Source: Macrostomum hystrix
Lineage: Eukaryota; Animalia; Platyhelminthes
Reading direction: 5' to 3'
NCBI GenBank assembly: GCA_950097015.1
Contig: CATNEN010000039.1
Location: forward strand, 124,001 to 188,000
Length of the DNA: 64,000 nt
A model generated the notes under the pieces. It ran no database searches, had not been told where the DNA came from, and was given only the letters and a program-made list of their open reading frames with translations. Made by a program: the position numbers and the translations under genes. Positions 1 to 13,200 of the stretch are shown here, piece by piece; within the stretch, counting starts at the first letter, position 1; every line of letters starts with the position of its first letter.

Positions 1-1500
1 ACGGTCCACGACCGCTCCGGGACACCGACCTCGCACTTCTCCCTGTTCATCGTCAGCCCGTTGTCGCTCACGCGCTTGAGTACCACTGGAAGCCGCTTGT
101 CGTGCTCATCAGAGTTGATGCCGTTAATGATGATGTCGTCCACCAAGTGTCGGACTCCATTGATGTCAGCCAGAATGGTTGACAGGATCTTCTGGAAGCA
201 GGCACCGGAGCTGGACATGCCGAATGGGACTTTAGTGAACTGGTAGAGCCCACAGTGGGTAATTAACACAGTCATCTGCCTGCTGCCAGGGTGCAACGGA
301 ATCTGGAGGTAGCTTTGCTTCAGGTCCAGCTTAGTAGGCGCCTGGGCGCCAGCGAACGCGGCAGCCAGCTCCTCCTGCGTTGGCACGGGGAACTTGTCTG
401 GGTTGATGGCCTTGTTGCAGTTTCGCAGGTCGAAGCAGAGTCGCAAGTCATCGTCCTTTTTCTTGGAGATGACCAAGTTAGATACCTAAGGAGATGCGTC
501 TATCTTCTCGTCCTTCACGCGGTCCTGCAGCGCCAGCGGCGCAGCGGCTCGACAGTTGGTTCGCATCCTGGCGCAGCTGCGGTCTGCGGCAGAACTTCTT
601 GGCCCTGCCGATGCCGTCAAAGATGCCTGGGAACTCGGCGATGTCCTCGACGCTGCTGATCGCGTTGACGCGGATTGAGAATCCCAGCTTGTCCATGCCG
701 TCGATACTGAGAATGTTGGCATCTCGCCGCGGGATGAAGAATCGGCAGACCGCTGACTTGCCATGGTGCACGACGCGCAGATCGGCCGTCCCCAGAACCT
801 CGATTGCAGTTCCGGTGTAGGGGCGTGATGACGAGTTGCTTCAAAAGGCGCTTCACGGTCTTCTCGTTGATGATGTTGACTCTCGATCCGGTTTCCAACT
901 GGAGCTTGACGTCGATGTCGGCGATGCTGCAGTCTATGAAGTTGAGAATTGACGCTTCGCCCTTAACTGCAGACACCTCGAATGGCTCGTCGTCGTCGTC
1001 CTTGACGGTGCGCACCTTGCGTCGCTGTCGTCAACAGAACTTAAAGTGACCCACCTGATGGCAGTGCAGGCAGGTCTTGTCCTTCGCTGGACATTTAGGA
1101 GCGCGGGTGGCGTGCCCATTCCGCAGTAGCCGCATCGTGCGTCCGAGCTGGACTTCTGCGGTGTCGCGTGCTTGGGTCTCTTGCGTGGAGGACACTGGCT
1201 GACCTTCTGGATGCGGGACTTCAGCTCGATTGCGGATTCTACTTGAATCGCCAAGGACACGGTTGTCTCCAACTCGAGCACCTTCTCCATGAGCAGGCGT
1301 TCTCGGATGCGCTGCGAATTGGTCTTCTCGATGATCTGGTCCCTGGTCATCTGGTCTCGAAGACCGCCGTATTCGCAATCTGCTGCGAGTTCTCGAAGGG
1401 CGTCAACGAACTGGCTGATCAGCTCGCCAGGCATCTGGGCTCGTGACTTGAATTTGTAGCGGTTGCTGATGGTGCTGTGGGACTGGCCAAAGATGGCTTT
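1..1500 (-). mobile_element. Decayed Ty3/Gypsy gag-pol fragment (gag, zinc knuckles, protease, start of RT), running off the window edge
   Basis: Minus-strand frames give gag-like YKFKSRAQMPGELISQFVDALRELAADCEYG, knuckle CPAKDKTCLHCHQVGHFKFC, protease-like LQLETGS and RT-like YQFTKVPFGMSSSGACFQK...HLVDDIII. Multiple frameshifts. Confidence 0.85.
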
Positions 1501-2780
1501 CAGCTGCCATCTTCAGCTGACTCTCTTCAAGTTTCTGCGCAAGGCATTTGTCACTTTAGAGAGTTTAGTTGCTAAAAAAACTGGCGTTGCCCGTCGACGA
1601 GGTCCATCCGGCTCTACAACGAGCGCAAGTGACTCGCCGGCTTCGGACGTCGGTGGACCCAGGCATTTTTACAGCAAGAAAGGGGCGCCAATCTTCTTGC
1701 ATCAATCGGGAAGGAATGAAGTGGCCTATCATTATAGGAGAGGAATGAGCATGGAAAGAGGGAATGTCACTGGAGGAGAGTAATGACCAGGGGAGGAGGC
1801 TAGATTAGTAAAGTGTAAAGTGTAGGAATGAGTTCGGGAGGAGGGAGTGGAATAGAATGAAATTCCATGAGAGGAGAGAGATTAAATGTACTTGCAGCGA
1901 GTGAACTGGATTGGACGAAACGAATAAAAGACAAGAGAACCAGGGAGTTGAATTTTTAATTTACGGTGACACCACGTAAATTTACATAGATTTACGGTCG
2001 ACTGTGCTGTAGAGAACGAAAGTCGCAATAGTGATGGGTAGATTGTGGCTTCTTATTTCAATGAACGCTGAAGAGCTTGACCATTTTTTAGAGTTTAAAC
2101 ATTAAATCTGTACAGACAGAAACGCATGGGTATAAGAAAAAAATTTATTATGCCTGAAACAGTGAACCTCTGTTCGCCGTGAGTCGCTACCAGCTAATAC
2201 GCTCGTATAAATCTAAATATTTCTTTGCCGAATAAAACTATCGATGGTCGTGCATACTTTTTTGTACTCCAGCTCAGCTCACTGAAAAATAAGAAATGAA
2301 ATATAAACACAATCCTATGAAATTTCAGACGAATAGTTCCTACAATAGCGTCCAGTGAACACGGAAATGCACTGTATTTCTGCAGCAACAAATTAAGGAC
2401 AAACAAGCGAATGGGACACGACTTACACTCGTAGAGAAAGAAGTAAGCGCTGTGAGGAAAGCTCAGTAAGGAAACGAGCTAACATGCGTCATAGAGTCAA
2501 GCAGTAGAAAAGGCATGTGGGACACGAGTCACGGGGCAGTAAAGACAACAGTTTCCCACTGATTATAAGGCAGTAACTGAGGAGATTGACAGTCCGGCCT
2601 CTGCTATATTATAGATCACGATTCGGAATAGCAAGTATGCGCACACTGCTTAAAGGTAATTAATTAACAAGGAAAATATTTAATCGGACTGGTACGCGCT
2701 GTAAAGGCAGCAAGCTTGAGAGTACGAGCGTATTGTTCTGAGCGATTTGAATACTGGGCACTTAAAACCCTAAATTACAA

Positions 2781-5700
2781 CTACTTGGATGAAGCGGAGG
2801 CAACCTTTTTAGCTTGGATCAACTTGACCAGTTCCTTATAGCGGACCATGCAGTCTCGCTTCGTGCGGGTGCCCACAGCGGAGGCCACGTGCTCCCAGCG
2901 CTCCGGGTCGCTAGCGGTGAATTTGCGAAGCGCCGCCTCCAGTAGCCGCTGCTCCTCAGCGCTCCAAGGCGTCGGCACGCAGGCGGGGTCACGCTGCGAG
3001 ATGTCAGAATCCACTGCAGCTGCCGATGTCGCTTTCGCTGCCTCTGCGGCCACTCGGCTGGCAGCCTGTCTGCAGGAGTTTCAAGCAAAAAGCACAGAGC
3101 TATACTCAGTAGTTGGTTAATGCTGAGCCAGGCCTAGTAGCTGGCGAATACAAAGCCAGGCAGAGTTCCAAGGGACAGGCAGACAGGCGGTCAAATGAGC
3201 TCACCTGTTGACCTCTGACCGGAGCGCATCGTCTGAAGAGTTTTTTGCAAGCTCCTTCGCCTTGCGCAGAGCCGCCTTAGCGTCAACGGCTGCTGGTGGC
3301 AGCTGTTGCTGTTGAGAGGTGACGGAGCCTGCTGTCATGGCCTCCGAATGGGTGTTGACGTAATCAGCGACTTTCTCCCAGCGGGCCCCAGTGCCGGCCG
3401 GGAACAGCTTCACCGCCTTCACCAGCGCTGAAAGCTGGCCGTAGTTCCACTGCGTATCTGCGGGATGGGGTCAGTTCGGAATGGCGTCGAGCTTTGTATT
3501 GAGGGACGTCTTGATTTGGGGCGTCATCGTAGAGAAAGACAATAACAAGGTACAAATAAAGTTTATGGTTCAATGACCTAAAACCACAACTTATTACTCA
3601 TAAATACAACACGCATTCAACAAAACTGAAAACTACATAGCGTTATAGTTAGATGTTAGAATATATATAAACTCTAACAGCCCAATGACCAACCTCCGTC
3701 GGTGCCTTCAGCTGCAGCCGCCTGTCTCCTTTCCCGCTGCTGCTGTGCTGCTGCCTCCGTCTCGGCCCGCCTTCGATCGCGCAGTTTGGCAGCGGCTGCG
3801 TCCAGCATTTGCCCGCCAGAGCCATCAGCAGCGCCAGCCAGACGATTTCGCAGCTGGGACAACTCCTCGGCTTCCAGACCGTCAGCAAGTAGCCCGACTG
3901 TCTCCATGCGAGCCACGCGCACAGCGGCTGCGTCGCTAGCCGTCAGGAAGAAGTCGGTTGACTTTGCCAGCGTGCGGAAAGCTTTGCGGGCCTCCTTTAA
4001 TGCTTTCTTGGCGGCATCCCTGTCTCGCCGCTGTCGCTCCATCTCAGCGCGAGCAGCCGCTTCCGCGGCCTCTTCGACAGCTCGACGGACAGCTGCCGCT
4101 TGCGCCTCAGCTGCTTCAGCGGCCTGCTTGCGTTGCTCTGCGGCTTCCAACTTTGCCTGCGGAAGGTCGTAGTGGTGTTACTCGTATATTAAAGTCAATA
4201 TTTTAATGGGTTATTCATGTTCCTACTACTAAATTCGCTTGAGAGTTGTTCGGAGCACATGGATACAAACTGCGCACCCGCTTGGCTGCCTCTTTAGCGC
4301 GAGTCTCCTCCTCCTTAAACCTGATCAGTCGCGGATCACATTCCCGTGCTGCGTCCACTAGCGCGCGAAGCCGGCGCGTCTCGTCGCGCCGCCGGCGCTG
4401 TCGGGCTTCACGGTTCTGTCGCTCTATCCAGCGGCGCTCCTCGCGGTTCTCGCCTTTCTCCTTGTCCTCCTCGTCAAGGTAGGAGAACTCGCGCCACGAG
4501 TCAAAGTCATACCAGAAGGAGTAAAAGTCCTCCACGGTCTCGCGAGAGTCCGAATCAGAACCTAGCTGCGGTACTGGCTTGCGCCGGGACCAGCGCGAGT
4601 TGGAGGCGAAGGCCGGGCCAAACACCACAAAGAAGTTGGCGCCCTTGTTGGCTTCGCTGACTGAAGGGATTGCCTCGTCAAACTGTGGATCTACGCTGTC
4701 GTAGGCGCGGCGACGGTCGCGGCTGCCCAGCGTCTCCCAGGCTGTGGAATTGAGTTATTTGGTATAAATGCTTGTGAGAACATCCTGATCAACAGGGCCG
4801 TGTCCATAGCGACTTCATTGAATATAAGTAATCCTGTGTTCTAATCGACTTAACATGTAAATTTAGCGTACATCTGACTAATTGAGAAGCCGCGGCAACC
4901 AAGGTCCCCTACCTGAGGCTCTCCCTTCAGCTTGTCCGCTGTATCTACGCCATCACCTATGCGACCTTCATCTGTTCCAGCGTGCTGGAGCAGAAGATCG
5001 CCAGAGACCGGCTGCACAAGCTACAGGGCCGTGTATGTCGCGCTTGTCACGAGCGCTTACCCCTCTATCCCTACGAGGGCTTTAACGCTCTGCTCAATAT
5101 CCCCTTCCCGCTGCAGCTTTTTGTCAAGGTAGAGGCAATGCAGATGGCTGCGCGCCTTATCTGTGAGAATTTCATTAAAAAGATCACTTTAGTTTTATAC
5201 CTAAAAACCATTTATCCCCACCTGGACTACATCCACCGTGACCTCGCTTACATCGGCCTAAACAAACGATGTGGACTACCAGCTTCCTGATTTCAAAATC
5301 AAGCGAGGCTTTGCCACCACTATCACTGATCGCGACAGCCACCTGATCGACGTCGGTGTCAACCGGTGGAGCCAAGGGATCCAAGCTTTCACCGCTATCT
5401 ATCAAATGGACTGGCCGGAGCGGGTATCGCCATCTTCCACAATGGTAAAGTTCTCCTACAGGAGAGCGAACGTCTTAGTGAGAACACCTCGACGGAGGTC
5501 TGCGCAAGCAATGAGTGCGCTAAACACCTCATTAGGGCGAATATCTGTAATCAGTGTATTTACATGCACTGCGGTAGTAAGCCTAACACTAACCCTAACC
5601 CTAAGCCACCATCCAGGCGTTGACTACCGTTAAAACTACCACCAAGACGGTGGCAGAGTGCTTGAAAAGAATGCAAACCCTAGCGGTCGTCAACAGGATA

Positions 5701-8700
5701 AACCTGATAGGAAAGCGGGGCACAGCAACATCCTCAGCAACGAGCTCGTGGATCAGCTTGCCAAGGATTGTAACAATTCTGGAAGCAGCCATCGTGTGAT
5801 CCCTCTCTCAGGGGGGTGAGTGGGTCAGCGGCTAGTGTCGCTGCCTCAATTTCAATGGTCGCTGGTTCGTTCCTCCTTCCAAGTCACGATTATTTCGGGG
5901 CTTAGTTGGAGGTTTGCGAAGCAGTGACTTGCGGAGATGAACCTTATTCTGTGCAACCAAAGCTAATTTAAAATAGCTTAACCCCTGCCTTCTGCATGCC
6001 TGCTTGTTTGTGTTTGTGTTTGTGCGTTGGGCCGGGTGTGAGGCGTTGTATGGGGAGTGGGGCGGGTGTGCACCAGCTCTGAGCGGCGAGGTTTCACCAG
6101 CCGTCTGCGCGCGTGGCTTGGTCCTCTCGTCCCTACCCTTCAGTCATATAAGTCCTCCCCTGGTCTGCTCTGTGCGTGTGCGGGCCTGGGGTGAGAGGCA
6201 CTCCGGCTGCCGCCCCCTTCCCCGCTTGGCTTGCTGCTGTGTGTGAGGTGCCTGTGTCCAGGGGTCGAGATGGCGCGATGGGCGACTCCCGCCTAGTTCG
6301 CCGGCCTGGGGACATGCCGTTCCTGCGCTTGTGCGTCAAGTGCCCCAGGCCTCCCTGAAATTAAATAAGTAAAGATCCCTCTCTCGGTGCCAAGGTCAAT
6401 GATTACCCGCATTGTTGAGAAGTGGTTCAGGCACCAGCACCAGAACCTATGGCGCGGCTGTGACGACTACAAGCAAGCCTGTTCTTCGGTGCCTGAAATC
6501 AACTGCAAAGTATCCAATTAACAGTTTTCTCTCAACAGAATGGACATCAGAGAGATGTGCATGGCCATCACGGTTCTTACAGAGACATTTATCAGTTGAA
6601 ACTAGGTGCAAATCCACCTGCCCTTTTTGCGGCTTAGATGAGGAAACTGCCGCGAACAGAACACATTTCGCATGTTCTTCGAGAAAGAGCGCAAACTGCA
6701 CCTTGGTCACCCACAGGGGATCGACGAGTACAACAATCTGGAGTCGGAGAGGATCCCGACGGAGAGGAGGGAGCTAGGCACACCGATGATCAAATGAAGA
6801 TCGCCAACGCTGATCCAGCGAAACTGCCTGCTGCTGCTGGCGCTGGGTGGGCTGAGCTCCTTCGCTCTTACGCTGAGGTTGCGATAGGGCCTTGCGGCCT
6901 ATTCGCGGCGTTCTTCTCGCGAACCCGATTCCGTGACCCGAAGGAATAACGGAGGCGATTTTTGTCGGAATATGACGAAATGGCGACATGCAGACGAACT
7001 TTAGCATAGATAGTAGGGTTTAGCGCGGTCCCCGGCAAGGGACCCCGGGGACAGCCTGGGGCCTATGCTTTAGATTTAAGAGCTAGAAGTTAGACATTAT
7101 GGATGCTATTAACTGGGTGGAGTGAACTATTTACTGAGTGGGTGGATTTTGCGTGCATTAGATTGCAGGAGTCAAAAGTCAAAAAGAGTTTAGAGTAAGA
7201 AGTCCATCAAAAGATAGCCAGATTAGGAAGAATCCAAATAATTTTATGAACGAACGATTGGATCGTTAGTTTTGGGAATCAGTTTTACTGTTTGAAAGCA
7301 GTCATATGGCAGTCCTGATAGTCCTTTGGGATTTAAATTCGGCATTTGAACTGGGTGGCCTCTTGACTAGGAGTGAGGAGTATCTGTTACTCTTTTTTTT
7401 AAAGACGCGCTCCTAGAAGCCTTTCCTGAAGGCTGACTCCTAGCTCCTAGTGCTACTCATAATTCCATAGCACGACACAGACCTAAATGAGATCACACAG
7501 GTAGGTTATCTCCTAAGTTTACCCAGGAGTCTTCCGCATGTCTTTAGGAGCTCCTAGCACCAGGAGTTCACTCGTGATTTTATAGCACAATGCTTCTGAC
7601 TAGAAGCTAGAAGTTAGAACACTCCTAAGGATTTAGGACTCAAGCGTGTATACGCTCGTATAGCACAAACCCATGGACCACAATATCAAATATTTAATAG
7701 CTTAAACGAAGGGACATAAAAGACGCACAAGGCCAGATGAGATGCACATACCGTAATTAGAGGGGGCGCTGGATCGATCGTTAAATATGAATTGGGATGG
7801 GGCACACTAGCAGACAGGGAGGGTAGAGAACAAAAGAATGGCTATAGCAAAGCCAAAGTACACGGGTTAAGGGCTGTGGTACAACACTAACTTTCTGCAT
7901 GCTGTTACACAAAAGATAATAGTTGTCTAATTTAACCTAAATTCTATCACCAAAAAGGAAGATAATAGGCAAGGCTTAAAAGCCTGATCAGAAAACAGTG
8001 GTGGCCAATTTGTATTAGAAAAAAACTTACCCCTGGTGATACAAGTGAAGTAGTCGGTGCTCTCATCTGCTACCACCTCTCCGCGAGCCTTCCGCTTGTC
8101 TGGATGATGCTTCAGAACCATGCGGCGGTCTGGAATGGGCAAAAAAACAACTCATGCAGACAGGTTAGTACGAGCGTAGCAAATTTTGGCATTCATGTTA
8201 TCATACTCGTATCATCGAATTCACATTACGAGTTATGGAGGGATCGATAGCTCGATGTCTCTTCTTTGAGAGACACGTCGTTTTCACGTATTGCTAATAG
8301 CCAACACCTTTGGCTCATCGTCTTCACGTCTTGCTGATAGCCTACACCCTTGGCTTATCGTCTTCACCTCCTGCTGAGCTCCTTCGTCTCCTAGCTCAGC
8401 ACCCCAACCTCATATCCAGATAGCGCAGTTCTCACATGCAGTTTTGATGTCCTTTTCTGTGGCTTGCCAGCGCAGATTCCTCATCCCCAGCACCTTGTAG
8501 TGGTCCTGGTCTTTCCACTCCTTGGGGTCTAAACTGCGCAGGAAAAGAAGCTCTTTTTCCTCATCGGCGGGCGACATCGTCGCCTCCACCGCTTCGACCT
8601 CAGCATCATCGACGGGCTCCTCGTACGTGCCTTCCGTGGGCAGCATCAGCGTGTAGCCAGCGAGCTGCCGCAAAGACCAGACATCGTGAAAGTGAATGTA

Positions 8701-8730
8701 AGGGACTACCGACTGCGGTTGGGACAACAT
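2781..8730 (-). CDS. DNAJC2: DnaJ homolog subfamily C member 2 (MPP11/ZRF1/zuotin-like), 6 exons
   Basis: Exons 8730-8436, 8129-8031, 4741-4278, 4156-3694, 3457-3205 and 3069-2781, all GT-AG with matching phases. Motifs: [16 protein letters not shown]-domain [25 protein letters not shown], and two SANT/Myb domains ([20 protein letters not shown]; [13 protein letters not shown]...[24 protein letters not shown]). Confidence 0.95.
4870..7080 (+). mobile_element. 5'-truncated, decayed non-LTR retrotransposon (LINE with RNase H and CCHC; LOA/I/R1-like) in DNAJC2 intron 2
   Basis: Post-RT helix ([11 protein letters not shown]...[19 protein letters not shown]), RNase H-like [10 protein letters not shown]...[10 protein letters not shown]...NECAKHL, and C-terminal [11 protein letters not shown]...C. 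Frameshifted; boundaries approximate. Confidence 0.7.
5810..6373 (+). mobile_element. tRNA-derived SINE-like insertion with 12-bp TSD
   Basis: GATCCCTCTCTC at 5798-5809 and 6374-6385. The 5' end has A-box-like TGGGTCAGCGG and B-box-like GGTTCGTTCC; the 3' end is A-rich (AAATTAAATAAGTAAA). LINE coding sequence resumes after the second TSD. Confidence 0.7.
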
Positions 8731-8906
8731 CGTTGCTGAAGCGGATGAACGGGCGAAACTATTATAAAAAGTAAAGACGCCACAACAAGAGTAATGGAGA
8801 CTAGCCTTTAGGATGAGAAAGTCACGTAGTTTATACGTTTACGAGTAAAAAAGAAATGGTACAGACGGGTGCCACAAAAAAGGATAACCCGCATAAAACA
8901 GCAAGG

Positions 8907-9357
8907 ATAGACCTGATGCCACACTGAAATGCTAGTGATAGAACTGGTGCCACACTGAAATGCTAGTGATAGAACTGATGCCACAGTAAAATGCTAGTGA
9001 TAGAACTGATGCCACACTGAAATGCTAGTGATAGAACTGATGCCACAGTAAAATGCTAGCGATAGAACTGATGCCACAGTAAAATGCTAGTGATAGAACT
9101 GGTGCCATACTGAAATACTAGTGATAGAACTGGTGCCACACTGAAATGCTAATGATAGAACCGATGGCACACTGAAATGCTAGTGATAGAACTGGTGCCA
9201 CAGTGAAATGCTAGCGATCGAACTGATGCCACAGTAAAATGCTAGCGATAGAACTGGTGCCACAGTGAAATGCTAGCGATAGAACTGGTGCCACACTGAA
9301 ATGCTAGCGACAGAACTGGTGCCACAGTGAAATGCTAGTGATAGAACTGATGCCACA
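8907..9357. repeat. 30-bp tandem array, ~15 copies
   Basis: Unit GATAGAACTGRTGCCACASTRAAATGCTAGY repeated head to tail, ~180 bp upstream of the DNAJC2 ATG. Confidence 0.95.
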
Positions 9358-10210
9358 ATGATATACGAGTGTGGTATCTCGTACAATTGATATGATACTA
9401 CTAAGTGTTTGAGCTAGCCCAAAAATAAAAAAGCCTTGAAGTACAACAGTAACGCATATAAAAACGGGTCCATCATATTTATAAGAACAAAATATCTTAA
9501 AGTATGTACAAATACGAGTGTATAATCACATCAGCTGTAATGTGATCTAAAACACGGTAGAAATAGAAAGGACATTGACCAGCAGGTACTGGACACTCAC
9601 TTAAAGCGGCATGTTCAGAGCGTGCAGTGTAGTGCGCGGTGAGCTTCTTCAGACAATGTATAAATAATCAGTGGCCCCAATGCTAGACAAGAGAAAAAAT
9701 CTTTGTCTAGAACTGGGGACGCTGGTTCTTTCAGCAGCAGAGCTAGAAATTCATCATTTAAGAAGAGTCCATGTGATGTGAGGAAGGCTAGGTATAGCTG
9801 GGTTGGTCTGTACAAAATATGAATGTGAAGCTGAGAGCGGCTGCATTGGTCAGTAGCTAGGTGGTGGTAGCTTGTCGGGTAGATGACAAGCTGTTACACA
9901 GAAGATTCCTTGCACTATTCGTGCATTCAAAAGAATACAGAAACAAAGAAAATATTCATTTACAGTAAGTACTACAGCGGTGAACTATAGGCAGTGCAAA
10001 TAGGTGATGCATTTGTAAGGAGTCAACTTTCAAGTAACCAAAGTAAGAGATTCACAGTAAAAAAGGGGGTTGATCGCGCTGCTAAAACACAAGAGATTTG
10101 CAAATGTGACAGCAGGCGGGCAGAATACAGCCCTGTTGCTGGCACCTGTGTCCGAGGCAGCAGGTCTGCCAGTCCGTATTGCATATTTTGCTACAACAAT
10201 ACAGAACGGC

Positions 10211-13200
10211 TCACAGAAGCTCAGCGCTAGAGTGGCCAGAGTGGCTATTGTCTGTCGACTGCTGCTGGGAGACAATACCCCGGGAGCAACCGGCATGTTG
10301 ATGCTGCTGAAGGCGTGAACGGCCAACTATGCGACTGACAGAAAAGGTCGAGTTCACACTGAGCGAATTGAGCGCCTTGGAGCTTTCAGAAAGCGGGCCT
10401 CCGGCAGAGACTGAGGAGGCCTCCCTAGAAAAATAATAGGACACTGGTTGTCTGACTGAGCCGGAATATGACGGCCAGGCAAACAGACCGTCAAAGAGGT
10501 AAGCGGGCGGGCATAGAGACGTAGGTAGGAGGCCGAGAATAGATAGGTAAGGTAGGAGGCAGAGCACAGAGAGGCAGGTAGGCACCCAGATACAGAGGTT
10601 GGTAGGCAGCCAGATACAGAGAGGTAGGTAGGCAGCCAGATACGGAGAGGTAGGTAGGCAGCCAGATACGGAGAGGTTGGTAGGCAGCCAGATACAGAGA
10701 GGTAGGTAGGCAGCCAGATACGGAGAGGTTGGTAGGCAGCCAGATACAGAGAGGTAGGTAGGCAGCCAGATACGGAGAGGTTCCCGTATAGAAAATTTAT
10801 GGTCACACTTTTTGTTACCTAGTTTGGACTATTTTGTTACCGTTTTGTGACCGTTCCCCTATGGTCATGAATGTGACCATGTCTTGTGACCGTGCCCCCT
10901 AAGGTCACGTATGTGACCGTGCTTTGTGACCGTGTCTTGTGACCTTGCCCCTATGGTCACGTATGTGACCGTGTCTTGTGACTGTGCCCCTATGGTCACG
11001 TACGTGACCGTGCTTTGTGACCGTGCCCCTATTGTCACGTATGTGACCGTGTCTTGCGACCGTGCCCCCAATGGTCACGTATGTGACCGTGTCTTGTGAC
11101 TGTGCCCCTATGGTCACGTACGTGACCGTGCTCTGTGAAGCGCCGAATGAGCGCCTAGAAATACATGGCCGGAAGATCACATATAATGTGATTGTTAGCA
11201 TATTGTTCAGCAGTTCAGAACTTCAATAGCCACTAGTACTTCACGTAGCTGCCTGTACCGTTGAAGCATGTATGGTCATTCCCTGTCTGTAACACTTTTG
11301 CGACCCTCGCTTCAGTGATCACAAATGGACCACTGGTCCCACGCAATATCGTGCGCCGTCTGTGCGGCACTAGAAGAGGAAAATCGGGTAATGCGGGCCG
11401 AATTACACTGACTGCGAACCCCTGATCGAGCAACGTCACCTACGAGGTGCATTCAAAAAGTTATTTTCGGTGCTCAGCAAAAATTAACAAAAATTGTATG
11501 GAACAATGAAAACATGGTTAGGTCATTCAATGTCATTCGGTCACTCAACATATTCACCGCCAATGTCCTTGCACTTCTGCCAGCGATGCACCAGACCTCT
11601 GATTCCAGTACCCACGCCTATCGCGTCCGTTTCACGCACCGCACCTTGGCAAGCAGCTTTGATGTGCTCGACGCTGTCGAATCGAATGCCCCGAAGGTGC
11701 TTCTTCACAGATGGGAATAGGAAGAAGTCACATGCAGGGTGACAAATCGGGCGAGTAGGGCGGACGAAAGAAAATTCTCTCCTTCTCGCTGGAAACGGCG
11801 CAGGTGGTTGGTGGCGGCCAGAGCACGTTGCATCTTCTGCTCACCTGTCAGCAGGTGTGGCACCCACTTGCTGAATTTCTTCTGCAGGTTGAGACGCTCT
11901 GTCAGAATGGTGTGTACACTGCCAACTGACACTCCGACATCTTCTGACAGCTCTTCGCAAGTCAGTCGCCGATCATCATCCAGGAGCTCCTGCACTTTCT
12001 TCACCACGGTCCCGTTGGTGGCAGTCATCGATCTTCCAGAGCGGTCGTTGTCCTCGACGCTCTTTCTGCCTTCAGCGAACAACAGGAACCACTTTCGAAC
12101 AGTCTGTTCAGTTGGTGCACTGTCACCAAACACTTGCTGAAGCTCTCTAAACATCTCCGGAGGTTTCTTTCCTTGCAGGAATTGGAACTTCATCAAGCTC
12201 CGAACGTCTTGCTTTGAAAAAGATTCTGCCATGGCCAAGAAATAGAAGGGTAGCTTAAAAAATTGCTTGTAGCTCAGACAGTCACCAGCTAAGGCTTAAA
12301 AACTCAGGAAGGTTTAGGCCACAAATTTTGTTCTGTGTGTCATTTACAAAACAATGCCAAAGGACCGAAAAGAACTTTTTGAATGCACCTCGTACGTTCG
12401 GTACATCGGCAATTTTGCGTCGGAGGCGGGCAATAATGGAGTGTGATGAGCTGCCACCTACGCCAGTTATGGCGCTTGCATGGCCTTTCACTGCAGGGTC
12501 AGAGACCCAGGGCCCCGACGTCACCGCCGAAGACGGTGCATCTGAGACCCAGGGCCCCGACGTCACCGCCGAAGATGGCGCATCTGAGACCCAGGGCCCC
12601 GACGTCACCGCCGAAGACGGCGCATCTGAGACCCAGGGCCCCGACGTCACGGCCGAAGACGGCGCATCTGAGACCCAGGGCCCCGACGTCACCGCCGAGG
12701 ACGACGCATCATTAACGGCTGAAGGCAGCAGCGGTGGGTAATAGATATGATACATGTGCGCCGTCAGAGTATAATTGTTATGCCAGAGAATATACATGCA
12801 GTTAATGAATGAATTCCTAAGAATACCTAAAGTCGTCTCTCTGATTTGTAGCCGTACCTAATTTCTCTGCCTGTTTTGTGCAGCTTATTAATCATGAAAT
12901 ACACAGTAAAGTAAGGTGAACGCGTAAGCTTCCTTTCTGAATGCGTGTTTGTGTGTTTATTTGACTTTGCTCAACCATGCTTTGCTGCTCTGATTGTGCA
13001 AAATGAGAATAGATGCCTTACTTTGAATTGCATAATGTCAACACTTGAACCCGCTCTGCAGTTTAACATGTGACAACATGAGCGACATTAATGATCTAAG
13101 TGATGACGAAAACGTCGACTCAGTGCTGGAGAGGGCGCCGCAGAAAGTGAAAACGCTTCAAAGACGGTAAAAAATCGGCGTTTCCGAGAGCGCCGACGCC

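Noticed and set aside
7020-7070. HDV-like ribozyme at the LINE end
   Set aside because: Only a simple GGTCCC/GGGACC hairpin; the nested pseudoknot could not be built.
8907-9357. CRISPR array or hammerhead ribozyme array
   Set aside because: The units are contiguous with no unique spacers, the context is eukaryotic, and CTGATGC..GAAA lacks the CTGATGA core and stems.
10354-11201. ORFs with repeated peptides (SVSGCLPTS, TVTYVTIGA)
   Set aside because: These are translations of the minisatellite and the CACTA subterminal repeats.
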